Below, piece by piece: positions 9,320 to 18,447 of a stretch of 64,000 bases of DNA. Origin of the DNA: Bacteroidales bacterium UBA5226 (GTDB lineage: Bacteria > Bacteroidota > Bacteroidia > Bacteroidales > UBA932). The translations under genes were made by a program, and so were the position numbers. Where the stretch lies: assembly GCA_002409325.1 (NCBI GenBank), contig DHUU01000001.1, forward strand, positions 33,101-97,100. The letters run 5' to 3'. Under the pieces are notes generated by a model. That model made no database searches, was not told where the DNA came from, and saw only the letters and a list, made by a program, of their open reading frames with translations. Position 1 is the stretch's first letter. The number at the start of each line of letters is the position of its first letter.

Positions 9320-10054
9320 ATGGAACGTGCTGTTATTGTTGGGGCCACATCGGGCATTGGGCGTGAAGTTGCACAAATCCTGCTCAAAAAAGGCTGGCAT
9401 GTAGGTATTGCCGGCAGACGGGAAGACATCTTGAGGCAAATGAAGGCGCTTCAGCCACAGGCCATCGAATATCAGGTTATAGATGTCACCAGCGAAGATG
9501 CCCCCGGACGGCTTCAAGATCTGATTAACAAGTTGGGAGGCATGGACCTGTACCTGCATTGTTCCGGTTATGGACGAATCAATCCGGATCTTGATCCTTC
9601 CATAGATACAAAGGTTGTCCGGACCAATATAACCGGGTTTGTTGTCATGGCGAATTATGCATTCCGGTTTTTTAAAGAACAGAATCGCGGACACCTGGCT
9701 GCCATCACATCGATAGCCGGCAGGCGTGGCACGGGTCTTAACGCCGCTTATTCGTCTTCAAAACGTTTTCAGATGGCTTACCTGTCTTCACTGGCTCAAT
9801 TGTCCCATAATGGAAAATACAACGTCAGGATCACAGATATTCAGCCCGGTTTTGTAAAAACGGACTTCCTGCAACATTCCTACCCAATGATGATGAAAAC
9901 CCCTTATGTGGCCGGTAAAATCGTCAGGGGATTATGCAAAGGGAAACGGTTCATTGTTATAGACTGGCGCTACCGCATAGTGGCATGCGTCTGGCACATG
10001 ATACCCCATTGGATCTGGGAGCGGATTAACCTGCAGGCGTTTGTCAGTTGGTAA
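9320..10054 (+). CDS. short-chain dehydrogenase/reductase (SDR)
   Basis: Cofactor motif GATSGIGREVA and catalytic YSSSK (YxxxK). Confidence 0.85.
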   Translation: MERAVIVGATSGIGREVAQILLKKGWHVGIAGRREDILRQMKALQPQAIEYQVIDVTSEDAPGRLQDLINKLGGMDLYLHCSGYGRINPDLDPSIDTKVVRTNITGFVVMANYAFRFFKEQNRGHLAAITSIAGRRGTGLNAAYSSSKRFQMAYLSSLAQLSHNGKYNVRITDIQPGFVKTDFLQHSYPMMMKTPYVAGKIVRGLCKGKRFIVIDWRYRIVACVWHMIPHWIWERINLQAFVSW

Positions 10055-11225
10055 GGCTCCTGTAGTAGTTGTATAGCTGCTCCAGTGCCCGCTGTAATAT
10101 GGCTTTAGGGCAGGCGGCGTTCAGTCGCATAAATCCCTCCCCTCCCGGGCCGAACATGGCCCCGTCGTTGAGTGCAAGCCCTGCACCGGTAAAAAAACCC
10201 GGAATATCTTCAATACCCGCTTTTTTTAATTCCCTGCAATCCAGCCAGACAAGAAAAGAGGCATCGGGCCTGGCCGCCTTGATCTGGGGAATCAGGCGGG
10301 GCAGTCGTGTAACTACAAAATCTATGTTATTCTCCACGTAATCAAGCATCTGCCTGTGCCATTCCTTTCCCTGGCTATAGGCTGCATGTGTGGCAACGGT
10401 GGCGACCAACGTGGGGTCGTCCAGTTCATTGGCATGTAAAAAGCTGTAGAAGCTTTTTCTTAGCTGCGGATTCTCAATGACAGCGAAAGAACTAACCAAA
10501 CCGGCCATATTGAAGGTCTTTGAAGGGGCCCCGAACACAATGCCCACCTGGGCCGCTTCCTGGGAAACGGTCGTGAAGGGGATATGGCGGTTCCCGAACA
10601 ATGGCATGTCGGCATGGATCTCGTCAGAGATCACAGTCACGTTGTATTTATAACAAATACGGGCTAAGTCAGCTAGGGTTTCCTTACTCCACATACAACC
10701 TCCTGGATTGTGCGGATTAGACAATACCAACAGGGGGCACCTGCGGCGTTTCAATATATCTTCCAGATGATTTAGATCCATATGGTAACGGGTTCCATCC
10801 CAGATCAATGGATTGTTTTGCACTACCCTGGCGTTGCGTTCGGTTACCATGCTGAAAGGATGGTAAACCGGCGGTTGTATGATTACAGAATCGCCTTTCC
10901 CCGTATAATGTAAGATTGCCAGTCCTATACCCTTAACTATTCCCGGAATGTAGGTAAGCCACTCCCGGCGTATTTCCCAGTCATGCAGGTATTTCAGCCA
11001 GGAGATAATGGACTGCCAGTAATCCTCCGGAGCTATTGTATAACCAAAAATCGGGTGTTTCAGTCTGTCTTCAAGGGCTTTTCTTATAAAAGGGGGTGTT
11101 TCAAAGTCCATATCGGCCACCCACAGGGCAATCAGGTCTTCTTTTCCGAACAGGTCTTTTAACCGGCCTAACTTTACGGTATTGGTTCCGCTTCTGTCAA
11201 TAATGGTGTCAAAATCGTATCTCAT
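10044..11225 (-). CDS. PLP-dependent C-S lyase (MalY/PatB-type class I/II aminotransferase fold)
   Basis: 393 aa. PLP-lysine block GAPSKTFNMAG and an SNPHNPGG block. Its ATG overlaps the upstream stop (ATGA at 11222-11225). Confidence 0.75.
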   Translation of the reverse strand: MRYDFDTIIDRSGTNTVKLGRLKDLFGKEDLIALWVADMDFETPPFIRKALEDRLKHPIFGYTIAPEDYWQSIISWLKYLHDWEIRREWLTYIPGIVKGIGLAILHYTGKGDSVIIQPPVYHPFSMVTERNARVVQNNPLIWDGTRYHMDLNHLEDILKRRRCPLLVLSNPHNPGGCMWSKETLADLARICYKYNVTVISDEIHADMPLFGNRHIPFTTVSQEAAQVGIVFGAPSKTFNMAGLVSSFAVIENPQLRKSFYSFLHANELDDPTLVATVATHAAYSQGKEWHRQMLDYVENNIDFVVTRLPRLIPQIKAARPDASFLVWLDCRELKKAGIEDIPGFFTGAGLALNDGAMFGPGGEGFMRLNAACPKAILQRALEQLYNYYRSLTN

Positions 11226-11962
11226 AGCAAAATATTATCCAGTGTCAGGGGTTTTCCGATATCCGTGATCTCCAGTCCCGGGATTTCTATACCCCGTATA
11301 ACATGAGACCGTGCTGAGTCCAGGTAGAAGTCGATTACTGAAAAGACCCGGGGCCATGGCTCCATCAGGGGCATTGCACGGGCAGACATGATGTGAATGC
11401 CGGCAAAGGCACGCATAGTGCAATCGTTTATGTTACAGGGTTCCCCTACCCAGCGTATTTCTCCTTTTTGAGTATTTGTCCACCCCACCAGGCGCCAGTG
11501 CCGGTCAAAAAGCAGCTGACGCGGGGTATCCCTCCGGCTAACCAGCAAAGTGGCCAGATCCGATGCTTTGTGACGTGCGAAAAAATGGTCCAGGCGCAGG
11601 TTTGACAAAATATCCACATTGTGTATCAGAAAAGGTTCCTGGGGATCAAGCAGTAATCGGGCTTCACGGATTGCCCCTCCCGTGTCCAGCAGCAACGGGC
11701 TCTCATCGGAAACAGCAATCTGCAGGGGAAGTTCTTTTCTTTTCAGGTACTCGTCCAGGTAAGTTCTTATCTGAGGGGCAAAATGGTGTACGTTGACCAC
11801 AACGCGGGTAACACCCTGATCACACATCTTGTCCAGCAACAAACCCAGTAATGGACCCTGGCAGCCGTCCTTGAGCCTTACAGGAATAAGGGCTTTGGGT
11901 AGCTTATCTGTAATGGGTTTCAAACGGGTACCGAGACCCGCAGCGAGAATCATTGCCTGCAT
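11222..11962 (-). CDS. murU: sugar-1-phosphate nucleotidyltransferase, MurU-like (N-acetylmuramate 1-phosphate uridylyltransferase candidate)
   Basis: N-terminal MQAMILAAGLGTRLKP (GxGTRL). Sits directly downstream of the AmgK-like kinase. The track ORF was trimmed to the ATG at 11962, 8 nt past the upstream stop. Confidence 0.7.
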   Translation of the reverse strand: MQAMILAAGLGTRLKPITDKLPKALIPVRLKDGCQGPLLGLLLDKMCDQGVTRVVVNVHHFAPQIRTYLDEYLKRKELPLQIAVSDESPLLLDTGGAIREARLLLDPQEPFLIHNVDILSNLRLDHFFARHKASDLATLLVSRRDTPRQLLFDRHWRLVGWTNTQKGEIRWVGEPCNINDCTMRAFAGIHIMSARAMPLMEPWPRVFSVIDFYLDSARSHVIRGIEIPGLEITDIGKPLTLDNILL

Positions 11963-11969
11963 GGTCTGC

Positions 11970-13385
11970 CTAGTAATCAATTTCCAAATCCAGTTCACGG
12001 TGGTACAAATGTACCCTGATGTCGTATTTTTTAGCCAGGTACTCGGCCATATGGCGTGCACAATAGACAGAACGGTGTTGTCCCCCGGTACATCCGAAGC
12101 AGCACATCAGGTGGTTGAACTTTCTTTCAATATAACGTTGTACGTGTGTGTCCATCAATACGTAGGCATGCTCCAGGAATCTTTTCACACCGCCGTCCTC
12201 TTCCATAAAACGGATCACTTCCTGGTCTTCACCGGTAAAGTGCCTGAAATGCTCAAATTTGCCTGGATTTTCCAGGCCACGGCAATCAAAGACGTAGCCT
12301 CCGCCATTCCCGCTTAAATCGTTGGGTATACCTTTTTTGTAGGCAAAACTGCACACCGTAACCTGGAGTTTGCGTTCTTTGTCCATATCTGAATACTGAC
12401 GCATCTTTGTCAGTTCCAGCAACAGGGAAGACATATAAGGATACTCGGTAAAAGGTTCTTTTAGCAGTTTACGAATATTGTCTATGGCATAGGGAACGCT
12501 TTGCAGGAAATGGGGTTTTTTCTCAAAATAACCCCTGAAACCATAGGCTCCAAGTACCTGAAGGGTGCGGAACAGGATAAAATGACGCAATTGTCTTTGA
12601 AATTGCTTTTCATCCACAGGTGTATATTGCCTTAGGGCCTTTAGATAGGCAGAGAGGAGTTCTTCTTTGAGTTCTTCCGAATAATTGGCCTTCGCCTGCC
12701 AGATGAAAGAGGCTACATCATAATAAATCGGTCCCTTCCTCCCTCCCTGAAAATCAATAAAATAAGGTTCTTCGTTGACCAGCATGACATTCCTGGCCTG
12801 ATAGTCCCGGTATAAAAATGTCTCTGAGGGGTCCTGCAACAGGACAGCGGACATTTTACGGAAATCGCTTTCAAGTTTTATTTCGCTGAATTCCAACCCT
12901 GTTGCCTTTAAAAAGCAATATTTGAAGTAATTCAGGTCAAAAGAAATCATTCTTTCATCAAATTCCGGCTGCGGATAACAAACACTGAAATCGAGTCCTT
13001 GCGCTCCTTTGAACTGCAGGGCAGGTAACGCCTCCATGGCTTTGAAAAGCAAACTTTTTTCCCTGGGGTTGTAATTGCCCCTGGAGCGCCCTTCATCTAC
13101 GGCATTGTATAGGATCCTGTCTCCCAGGTCTTGCTGCAGGTAGCATGAAAAATCACGGCTGTGGGCATACACCCGGGGAACAGGCAATCCCTGTTTGTAG
13201 AAATGTTCTGCAATGGCTATAAAAGCTTTATTTTCTTCTTTGCAGGAACCAAAAGTGCCGATGAGAGTGTCCTTCTCCCCTACTATTCTGAAATACCGCC
13301 TGTTACTCCCCGAGGAAGGCAACTCGGTAATGGTGCTTGCTGGAAAACCGGTATATGATTTAAAAAGAGATTCGAGTTGTTTCAT
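11970..13385 (-). CDS. fusion protein: AmgK-like anomeric sugar kinase (APH fold) + RapZ C-terminal-like domain
   Basis: A single 471-aa ORF. N-terminal LPSSGSNRRYFRI and catalytic-loop DYQARNVML are APH/AmgK-like. The C-terminal ~135 aa align by eye to E. coli RapZ residues ~154-284 (CSFAYKKGIP / FDCRGLENP / FGCTGGQHRSV / HREL). Confidence 0.8.
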   Translation of the reverse strand: MKQLESLFKSYTGFPASTITELPSSGSNRRYFRIVGEKDTLIGTFGSCKEENKAFIAIAEHFYKQGLPVPRVYAHSRDFSCYLQQDLGDRILYNAVDEGRSRGNYNPREKSLLFKAMEALPALQFKGAQGLDFSVCYPQPEFDERMISFDLNYFKYCFLKATGLEFSEIKLESDFRKMSAVLLQDPSETFLYRDYQARNVMLVNEEPYFIDFQGGRKGPIYYDVASFIWQAKANYSEELKEELLSAYLKALRQYTPVDEKQFQRQLRHFILFRTLQVLGAYGFRGYFEKKPHFLQSVPYAIDNIRKLLKEPFTEYPYMSSLLLELTKMRQYSDMDKERKLQVTVCSFAYKKGIPNDLSGNGGGYVFDCRGLENPGKFEHFRHFTGEDQEVIRFMEEDGGVKRFLEHAYVLMDTHVQRYIERKFNHLMCCFGCTGGQHRSVYCARHMAEYLAKKYDIRVHLYHRELDLEIDY

Positions 13386-13429
13386 ACAGACACAAAAATA
13401 ACTAAAATATCAATACGGAAGGGGAAAAC

Positions 13430-14560
13430 CTATGGTTTCATCACGGCATTCCACATGGCTTTCCGCAAAGTTCCCGCATCATCATCGCCGTTATACATCC
13501 AGCACATGAGCCCTTTCATACCCTGTGACAGCGCCCACGAACCCTTGATTGCTATACTGGCGGCATTGTCGTAACCGCAGTAAAACGCTCCTGTACTGAT
13601 CCGGCTCACATAAGGAACAGAGGCTGTCGGATCCCAGTTATTAGTTGAATACAGGGACGGATCCAAGTTTTTTATTTGCCGGTAAGTAATGGCCGAAGGG
13701 CTTGTAGAAAAGGAAATCCTCCCATAAAAAGGAATGCCGAGCACCATTTTTTCTGCGGGGAAACCGGCTGCCCTGTATGCTTGCAGCGTCCTGGCACAAT
13801 CCCAGTAAGCCCGGGAATCCTCCAGGGCCGAATGGTGGTGAGGAGCCTGGTCCATATCATAGGTCATGACATTGACAAAATCCACATAGGGTTCTACCCC
13901 GCGCAGGTCAATATAACGGGTTCCACCGGAGACCTCCCGTGCATTCATAACATAACCTGGAAAGGTGATGAGCAGGTCAGGGCCCAGTGTCTGGCGCAGC
14001 TGCTTGATCAAAAGAACGTGGTTTTGGGTGTCGGCAGCCGGATTGCTGGCATGGCCGCTCCAGGAAAGTCCCGGGAACTCCCATCCTATATCAATTCCGT
14101 CAATCCCCCGGGTCTGAATAAATTCCAGGCAGTCCTGAGCAAAAGCCACCCTGCCTTCCTCGGTACTGCTCATCGCAGAGAAGCCGCCCCCCTGAGCATT
14201 GTCTTTATTGACAACGGTATGGGTGAAGGCAAGCAGGATTTTGAGACCGGGATGGTTCTTTTTCAGATCAACCACAGCAGCAAAACGGGATTCATCTCCC
14301 TGCAGGCGGAATTCCCGGTACTGGCCGTTCACAACGTACAACTCGGCAAAGGCATAACAGATATGGGTCAGCAGCGAGGGATCAGGGATCCCCTGGCTGT
14401 AGTATGTTACATAGGATAAAGCTACCCGCCCTTCAATTCGCGCGGCCGGGACAAACTCTTCCGGTTTTTCTTCTTCTTCCGGGCCGGGTTCGGGTTTTAC
14501 CTCTTCTCGGTTACAGGACAAAACCAACACGAAAAAGAGCAGAAAACTTAACTTTTTCAT
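13430..14560 (-). CDS. GH18 family glycoside hydrolase lipoprotein (atypical catalytic motif)
   Basis: Lipobox VLSC. GH18 signature region DGIDIGWEFPG (canonical DGxDxDWE). A MTYD block follows downstream. Confidence 0.8.
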   Translation of the reverse strand: MKKLSFLLFFVLVLSCNREEVKPEPGPEEEEKPEEFVPAARIEGRVALSYVTYYSQGIPDPSLLTHICYAFAELYVVNGQYREFRLQGDESRFAAVVDLKKNHPGLKILLAFTHTVVNKDNAQGGGFSAMSSTEEGRVAFAQDCLEFIQTRGIDGIDIGWEFPGLSWSGHASNPAADTQNHVLLIKQLRQTLGPDLLITFPGYVMNAREVSGGTRYIDLRGVEPYVDFVNVMTYDMDQAPHHHSALEDSRAYWDCARTLQAYRAAGFPAEKMVLGIPFYGRISFSTSPSAITYRQIKNLDPSLYSTNNWDPTASVPYVSRISTGAFYCGYDNAASIAIKGSWALSQGMKGLMCWMYNGDDDAGTLRKAMWNAVMKP

Positions 14561-14571
14561 AGATCATCATA

Positions 14572-15822
14572 TCAATAAAGATAATAGCGCTGTGACAGCT
14601 GGCGAAAGGATTCTGCGTCTTTGTACCAGAAATCCCTGATATCACTGAACTGGTAACGTTCTGCAAATTTGGCCGTAATAAACGGACTACCTACCACTTT
14701 GGTAATACGTTCCAGGTTAAAGATAATCCCTGGATTGAGCTTGTGCATTTCCTGTATTACGTAAAAATTAACATCGGTCAGGGGAGCTGCTGCCGGATCT
14801 ATCAAATGTACCTGAACCCCGCCCAGGGTTGTGCCCTGTCCCCTGCTGTAAAAAGGCCTGAAATAAATGGGCCTGAAATGTAGGCCGGGCAGCTGAAGGT
14901 TGTTCAGGTTGCGGGCCAGTTCTTCAGGTGCTATGGTGCTGTCTGCAGGGGCAAACAACTGAAAAGGAAGTGTATAACCCACTCCTATGGAAACTACGGA
15001 TAAATCCCCTGCTATACCGCTCATAGGATAGAAGAAGGCTGTGATAGCCTGGGGAATATGCGGGGAGGATGCTATCCACTGTAAACCCGTCTGGTCATAG
15101 AACATGTCTCGATTCCACCCTTCCATTGGTACTACGCGCAGGTTGCAGCGGGCACTCTCCCCGGGCCGGGCACCCGAGCCCAGCATACGCTCGCCATTGA
15201 GAAGCAGTGCCAGTTCTCCGCAAGTCAGGCCATATACGTAGGGAATCCTGTATTGGCTAACAAAGGTAAAGCAGCCGTCTTCCACGTAACACCCCTCTAC
15301 CTTCCTGCCTCCAATAGGATTGGGCCGGTCCAGGACAACAAATTCAATACCCAGTTCCGCACAGGCCTCCATGGCCAGTCCCATGGTGGAAATATAGGTG
15401 AAAGAACGAGAACCGATATCCTGGATATCGTAAACGAGCACATCTATGTTCCGGAGCATTTCGGGGGTGGGTTTCCGGGTGCTTCCGTAGAGCGAATACA
15501 CGGGAAGCCCTGTGGCCGGATCGTTCACAGTGGAGATGTGATCACCGGCATGCACGTCCCCACGTACCCCATGCTCGGGCCCGTACAGGGCCACCAGGTT
15601 GACGTTGGGTGCTTCAAACAGGATATCTATAGTAGACTGAAGGTCACGGTCCACGCCGGTGGGATTCGTTATCAGGCCCACCCGTTTGCCTTCCAGACAG
15701 GAAAAGTTGGATTCCCGTAACATATCGATGCCTGTCTTTACCACAATTTCCTGTGATTGACAAGATAGAGAAATCAGGAGTATTACCAGAAAAAGGGACC
15801 CCTTGAACATATAGTTTTTCAT
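14572..15822 (-). CDS. namZ: DUF1343 family exo-beta-N-acetylmuramidase (NamZ-like) lipoprotein
   Basis: Lipobox SLSC. The GLITNPTGV block is typical of DUF1343. Context between ampG and PG-sugar genes. Start trimmed to the ATG at 15822 to clear the ampG stop. Confidence 0.7.
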   Translation of the reverse strand: MKNYMFKGSLFLVILLISLSCQSQEIVVKTGIDMLRESNFSCLEGKRVGLITNPTGVDRDLQSTIDILFEAPNVNLVALYGPEHGVRGDVHAGDHISTVNDPATGLPVYSLYGSTRKPTPEMLRNIDVLVYDIQDIGSRSFTYISTMGLAMEACAELGIEFVVLDRPNPIGGRKVEGCYVEDGCFTFVSQYRIPYVYGLTCGELALLLNGERMLGSGARPGESARCNLRVVPMEGWNRDMFYDQTGLQWIASSPHIPQAITAFFYPMSGIAGDLSVVSIGVGYTLPFQLFAPADSTIAPEELARNLNNLQLPGLHFRPIYFRPFYSRGQGTTLGGVQVHLIDPAAAPLTDVNFYVIQEMHKLNPGIIFNLERITKVVGSPFITAKFAERYQFSDIRDFWYKDAESFRQLSQRYYLY

Positions 15823-15835
15823 AACCGTAGGTTTA

Positions 15836-17143
15836 TTATTTTTTACCGTAATCTTCCGGAAGTTTCCTGCTAACCATCCAGGAGGCAAAGATGCCGGGGA
15901 GCGTGCATAAACAAACAAACCAGAAAAACCTCTGGTAACCCAGCGCTTCCTGTATGGCCCCTGCAGCCATACCCGGTAACATCATGCCCAGGGCCATGAA
16001 GCCGGTTCCTATGGCATAATGTGATGTTTTATGTTCTCCGTTAGCAATATAGATCAGGTACAGCATGAATGCGGTAAAACCGAACCCATAGCCTAATTGC
16101 TCCATAGCAACGGAAGCAATAATCACCCAGATATTCTGTGGCAGAACCGAGGCCATATAAACATAGAGCAGGTCTGGCAGGTTAATGGCCAGGGCCATGG
16201 GCAGGATCCATTTCTTAAGGCCTTGGCGTGAAACAACAATGCCCCCAATGATTCCTCCCACCAACAAAGAAATTACGCCTATGGTCCCGTATACCATCCC
16301 TACTGTGGCCGTTGGAAGGGCCAGACCTCCCGCTTCCCCTTTGTCAAGCAGGAACGGAGAGGCAATTTTTACTAGCTGTGATTCACCCAGCCGGTATGTG
16401 AGAATAAAGAAAAAGACGAGTCCCAGGTCTTTCTTTTTGAAGAAGGAGCCGAAAGTAAGAAAGAAATCCTTGAGCAGTCCCACAGGGGTGATATTGTCCC
16501 TGGATTTGTCGCTTGCAGGACGTGGCAGGATAAATTTGTGGTACAGGGCAAGTGCCAGGAAGATAGCAGCCAAAAGGTAGAAGGAAAGACTCCAGGCCAG
16601 GGGAATGTTCCCGGCTGTTGAAGGCAATATTTTGCCTTCTTCCAGCCATCCGGCCAGCATGACCAGGATTCCCTGACCGAAAATGGTGGCGAACCGGTAA
16701 AAAGTATTCCTGATCCCTACAAAGAAAGATTGCTCCCCTTCTTTGAGGGCGAGCATATAAAATCCGTCGGCCGCTATATCATGGGTGGCCGAACTGAATG
16801 CAATCAGCCAGAAAAAAGCCAGTGTAGCCCTGACAAAAAAAGACGCCGGAATAAAAAAGGCAACCCCTGCGAATCCTACCGCCACAAAGCTCTGCATCAG
16901 AATAATCCATAACCGTTTGGTCTTGATAAGATCCACAAACGGGCTCCACAGGGGTTTGATGACCCAGGGCAGGTACAGCCAGCTTGTATATAAGGCTATG
17001 TCTGTATTGGACAAACCAAGCCGCTTGTACATGATCACGGCTATGGTCATAACCGCCACATAGGGCAGTCCCTGGGCAAAATACAACGTGGGAATCCACG
17101 CCCAGGCATTCTTTCTTTTACCGACTGAAGATTCGTTCATCAA
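15836..17143 (-). CDS. ampG: AmpG-family muropeptide MFS permease
   Basis: 435 aa and highly hydrophobic (12+ TM-like segments). The N-terminal WIPTLYFAQGLPY block is typical of AmpG. Confidence 0.8.
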   Translation of the reverse strand: MMNESSVGKRKNAWAWIPTLYFAQGLPYVAVMTIAVIMYKRLGLSNTDIALYTSWLYLPWVIKPLWSPFVDLIKTKRLWIILMQSFVAVGFAGVAFFIPASFFVRATLAFFWLIAFSSATHDIAADGFYMLALKEGEQSFFVGIRNTFYRFATIFGQGILVMLAGWLEEGKILPSTAGNIPLAWSLSFYLLAAIFLALALYHKFILPRPASDKSRDNITPVGLLKDFFLTFGSFFKKKDLGLVFFFILTYRLGESQLVKIASPFLLDKGEAGGLALPTATVGMVYGTIGVISLLVGGIIGGIVVSRQGLKKWILPMALAINLPDLLYVYMASVLPQNIWVIIASVAMEQLGYGFGFTAFMLYLIYIANGEHKTSHYAIGTGFMALGMMLPGMAAGAIQEALGYQRFFWFVCLCTLPGIFASWMVSRKLPEDYGKK

Positions 17144-18447
17144 TAAATAATTTGTGCCCGGGAACCCGGGTAGTAATGCTGGAGAATCTGTTTATAGGAA
17201 TAACCGCGCGAAGCCATTACCGCACCCCCAATCTGGCACAACCCCACGCCGTGTCCCCAGCCGGCCCCATAGAGGAGAAAACCGTCCGAACGTTTGACAG
17301 GGATGAAGGCCGAGGAATACAGGTGGGATTCTGAAAGGGCCTTGCGGATAAGCAGGTCTTTGCCGATGATGAGCGTCTTTTTTGTTCCCACAATCTTCAG
17401 GCGGCATATCCGTCCCGAGGCTCCCCTTTCCAGGGGAATCAGCTCCTGCACCAGGCCAAAGTCAACGCCAATGCGTCTTTTGATCAAATCGGAAAGCTCT
17501 TCGAATGTGTAGGCAACTTCCCAGCGGTAAAAACCTTTTGTTTCCTGATCGTATGTATTCAAGACCTGGGAAAGGACTTCGTTGTCGGCGGTATTGCAGA
17601 AAGCGGGCGGAGCGCTGCGGATCCAGATCTCGGCCTGTACAGGATCGGTAAGGTCCGGAAAAGGCACCTCGTCGGGTAAAGATTCCCCATCGTATTTTCC
17701 CTGCAGGTAAGGGTGCTCGGCAGGTTCCCAGGAGGTGGAAAAACGCTCCATGATGCCCCCGCAGCATTTTGAAAAGCGTGCATCACAAATTTTTCCTTCA
17801 TAGGTAAGGACCTCGCCGGCCGTCTGGTTAACGGCCTGTGTGACATTATCAATGGATTGAGAAGGACGGGTGATGCCCTGGTAGCGCTGGCAATGGTCAT
17901 CTGCGCAGACATCAAAAAGGGTATGATCCTCCCTGTCCCACCATTTGATCCATTCCTGGTCGGTACGCACTTCGCTGGGACAGACTTCTTGCTGCTGTTG
18001 CGCTATTCCCTGTCTCTTTTCAATTTGTGATAGCAGCCAGCTGCGCGATATGACGGCATGGGCCTTCAGGTATTCCAGGGTGCTGGTGGCGCTCATTTCA
18101 GAGGCAATGACACTGACCAGGTAGTCTTCCAGGGGAAGTACATTCACAGCGCGGATCATGTTGTTTTCAGAAATCAAAACCAGCGACCCGCGAAAGCGTT
18201 GGTCTTCCCTGCGTTCCCAGTGAAAGTCAATGCCTATGACAACGTCTTTCAGCACAAATGAGGCGGAATGGTCCTGAGGTTCAAAAACAAACCGGTTTCT
18301 GACCTTATCCTGAAACCGAACCTGTCCGCTCTCTGCCGTAGCCGTGAAACAGCCCGAATATGCCCCATAATTGCCTTCCAGCTCAAAAGAGATGGAGGGT
18401 GCAAGCAGGATGCCTACTTCAATTGTTTTCTTGCCTGAATTTCCCAT
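17140..18447 (-). CDS. SpoIID/LytB-domain protein (lytic transglycosylase / amidase-enhancer family)
   Basis: The C-terminal GAGWGHGVGLCQIGA block is typical of SpoIID/LytB. 4-nt overlap with ampG. Confidence 0.8.
   Translation of the reverse strand: MGNSGKKTIEVGILLAPSISFELEGNYGAYSGCFTATAESGQVRFQDKVRNRFVFEPQDHSASFVLKDVVIGIDFHWERREDQRFRGSLVLISENNMIRAVNVLPLEDYLVSVIASEMSATSTLEYLKAHAVISRSWLLSQIEKRQGIAQQQQEVCPSEVRTDQEWIKWWDREDHTLFDVCADDHCQRYQGITRPSQSIDNVTQAVNQTAGEVLTYEGKICDARFSKCCGGIMERFSTSWEPAEHPYLQGKYDGESLPDEVPFPDLTDPVQAEIWIRSAPPAFCNTADNEVLSQVLNTYDQETKGFYRWEVAYTFEELSDLIKRRIGVDFGLVQELIPLERGASGRICRLKIVGTKKTLIIGKDLLIRKALSESHLYSSAFIPVKRSDGFLLYGAGWGHGVGLCQIGGAVMASRGYSYKQILQHYYPGSRAQIIY

Noticed and set aside
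13676-14419. 247-aa plus-strand ORF
   Set aside because: It is antisense to the GH18 gene, so it is a shadow ORF. The same reasoning applies to 44050-44727, 45293-45856, 45940-46509, 52360-52929, 55660-56316 and 57407-58021.
15823-15918. N-terminal extension of the NamZ-like ORF (and similarly 11963-12061 for the MurU-like ORF)
   Set aside because: The extensions overlap the 3' ends of the upstream genes. Internal Mets give a lipoprotein signal peptide and the canonical GxGTRL N-terminus respectively.
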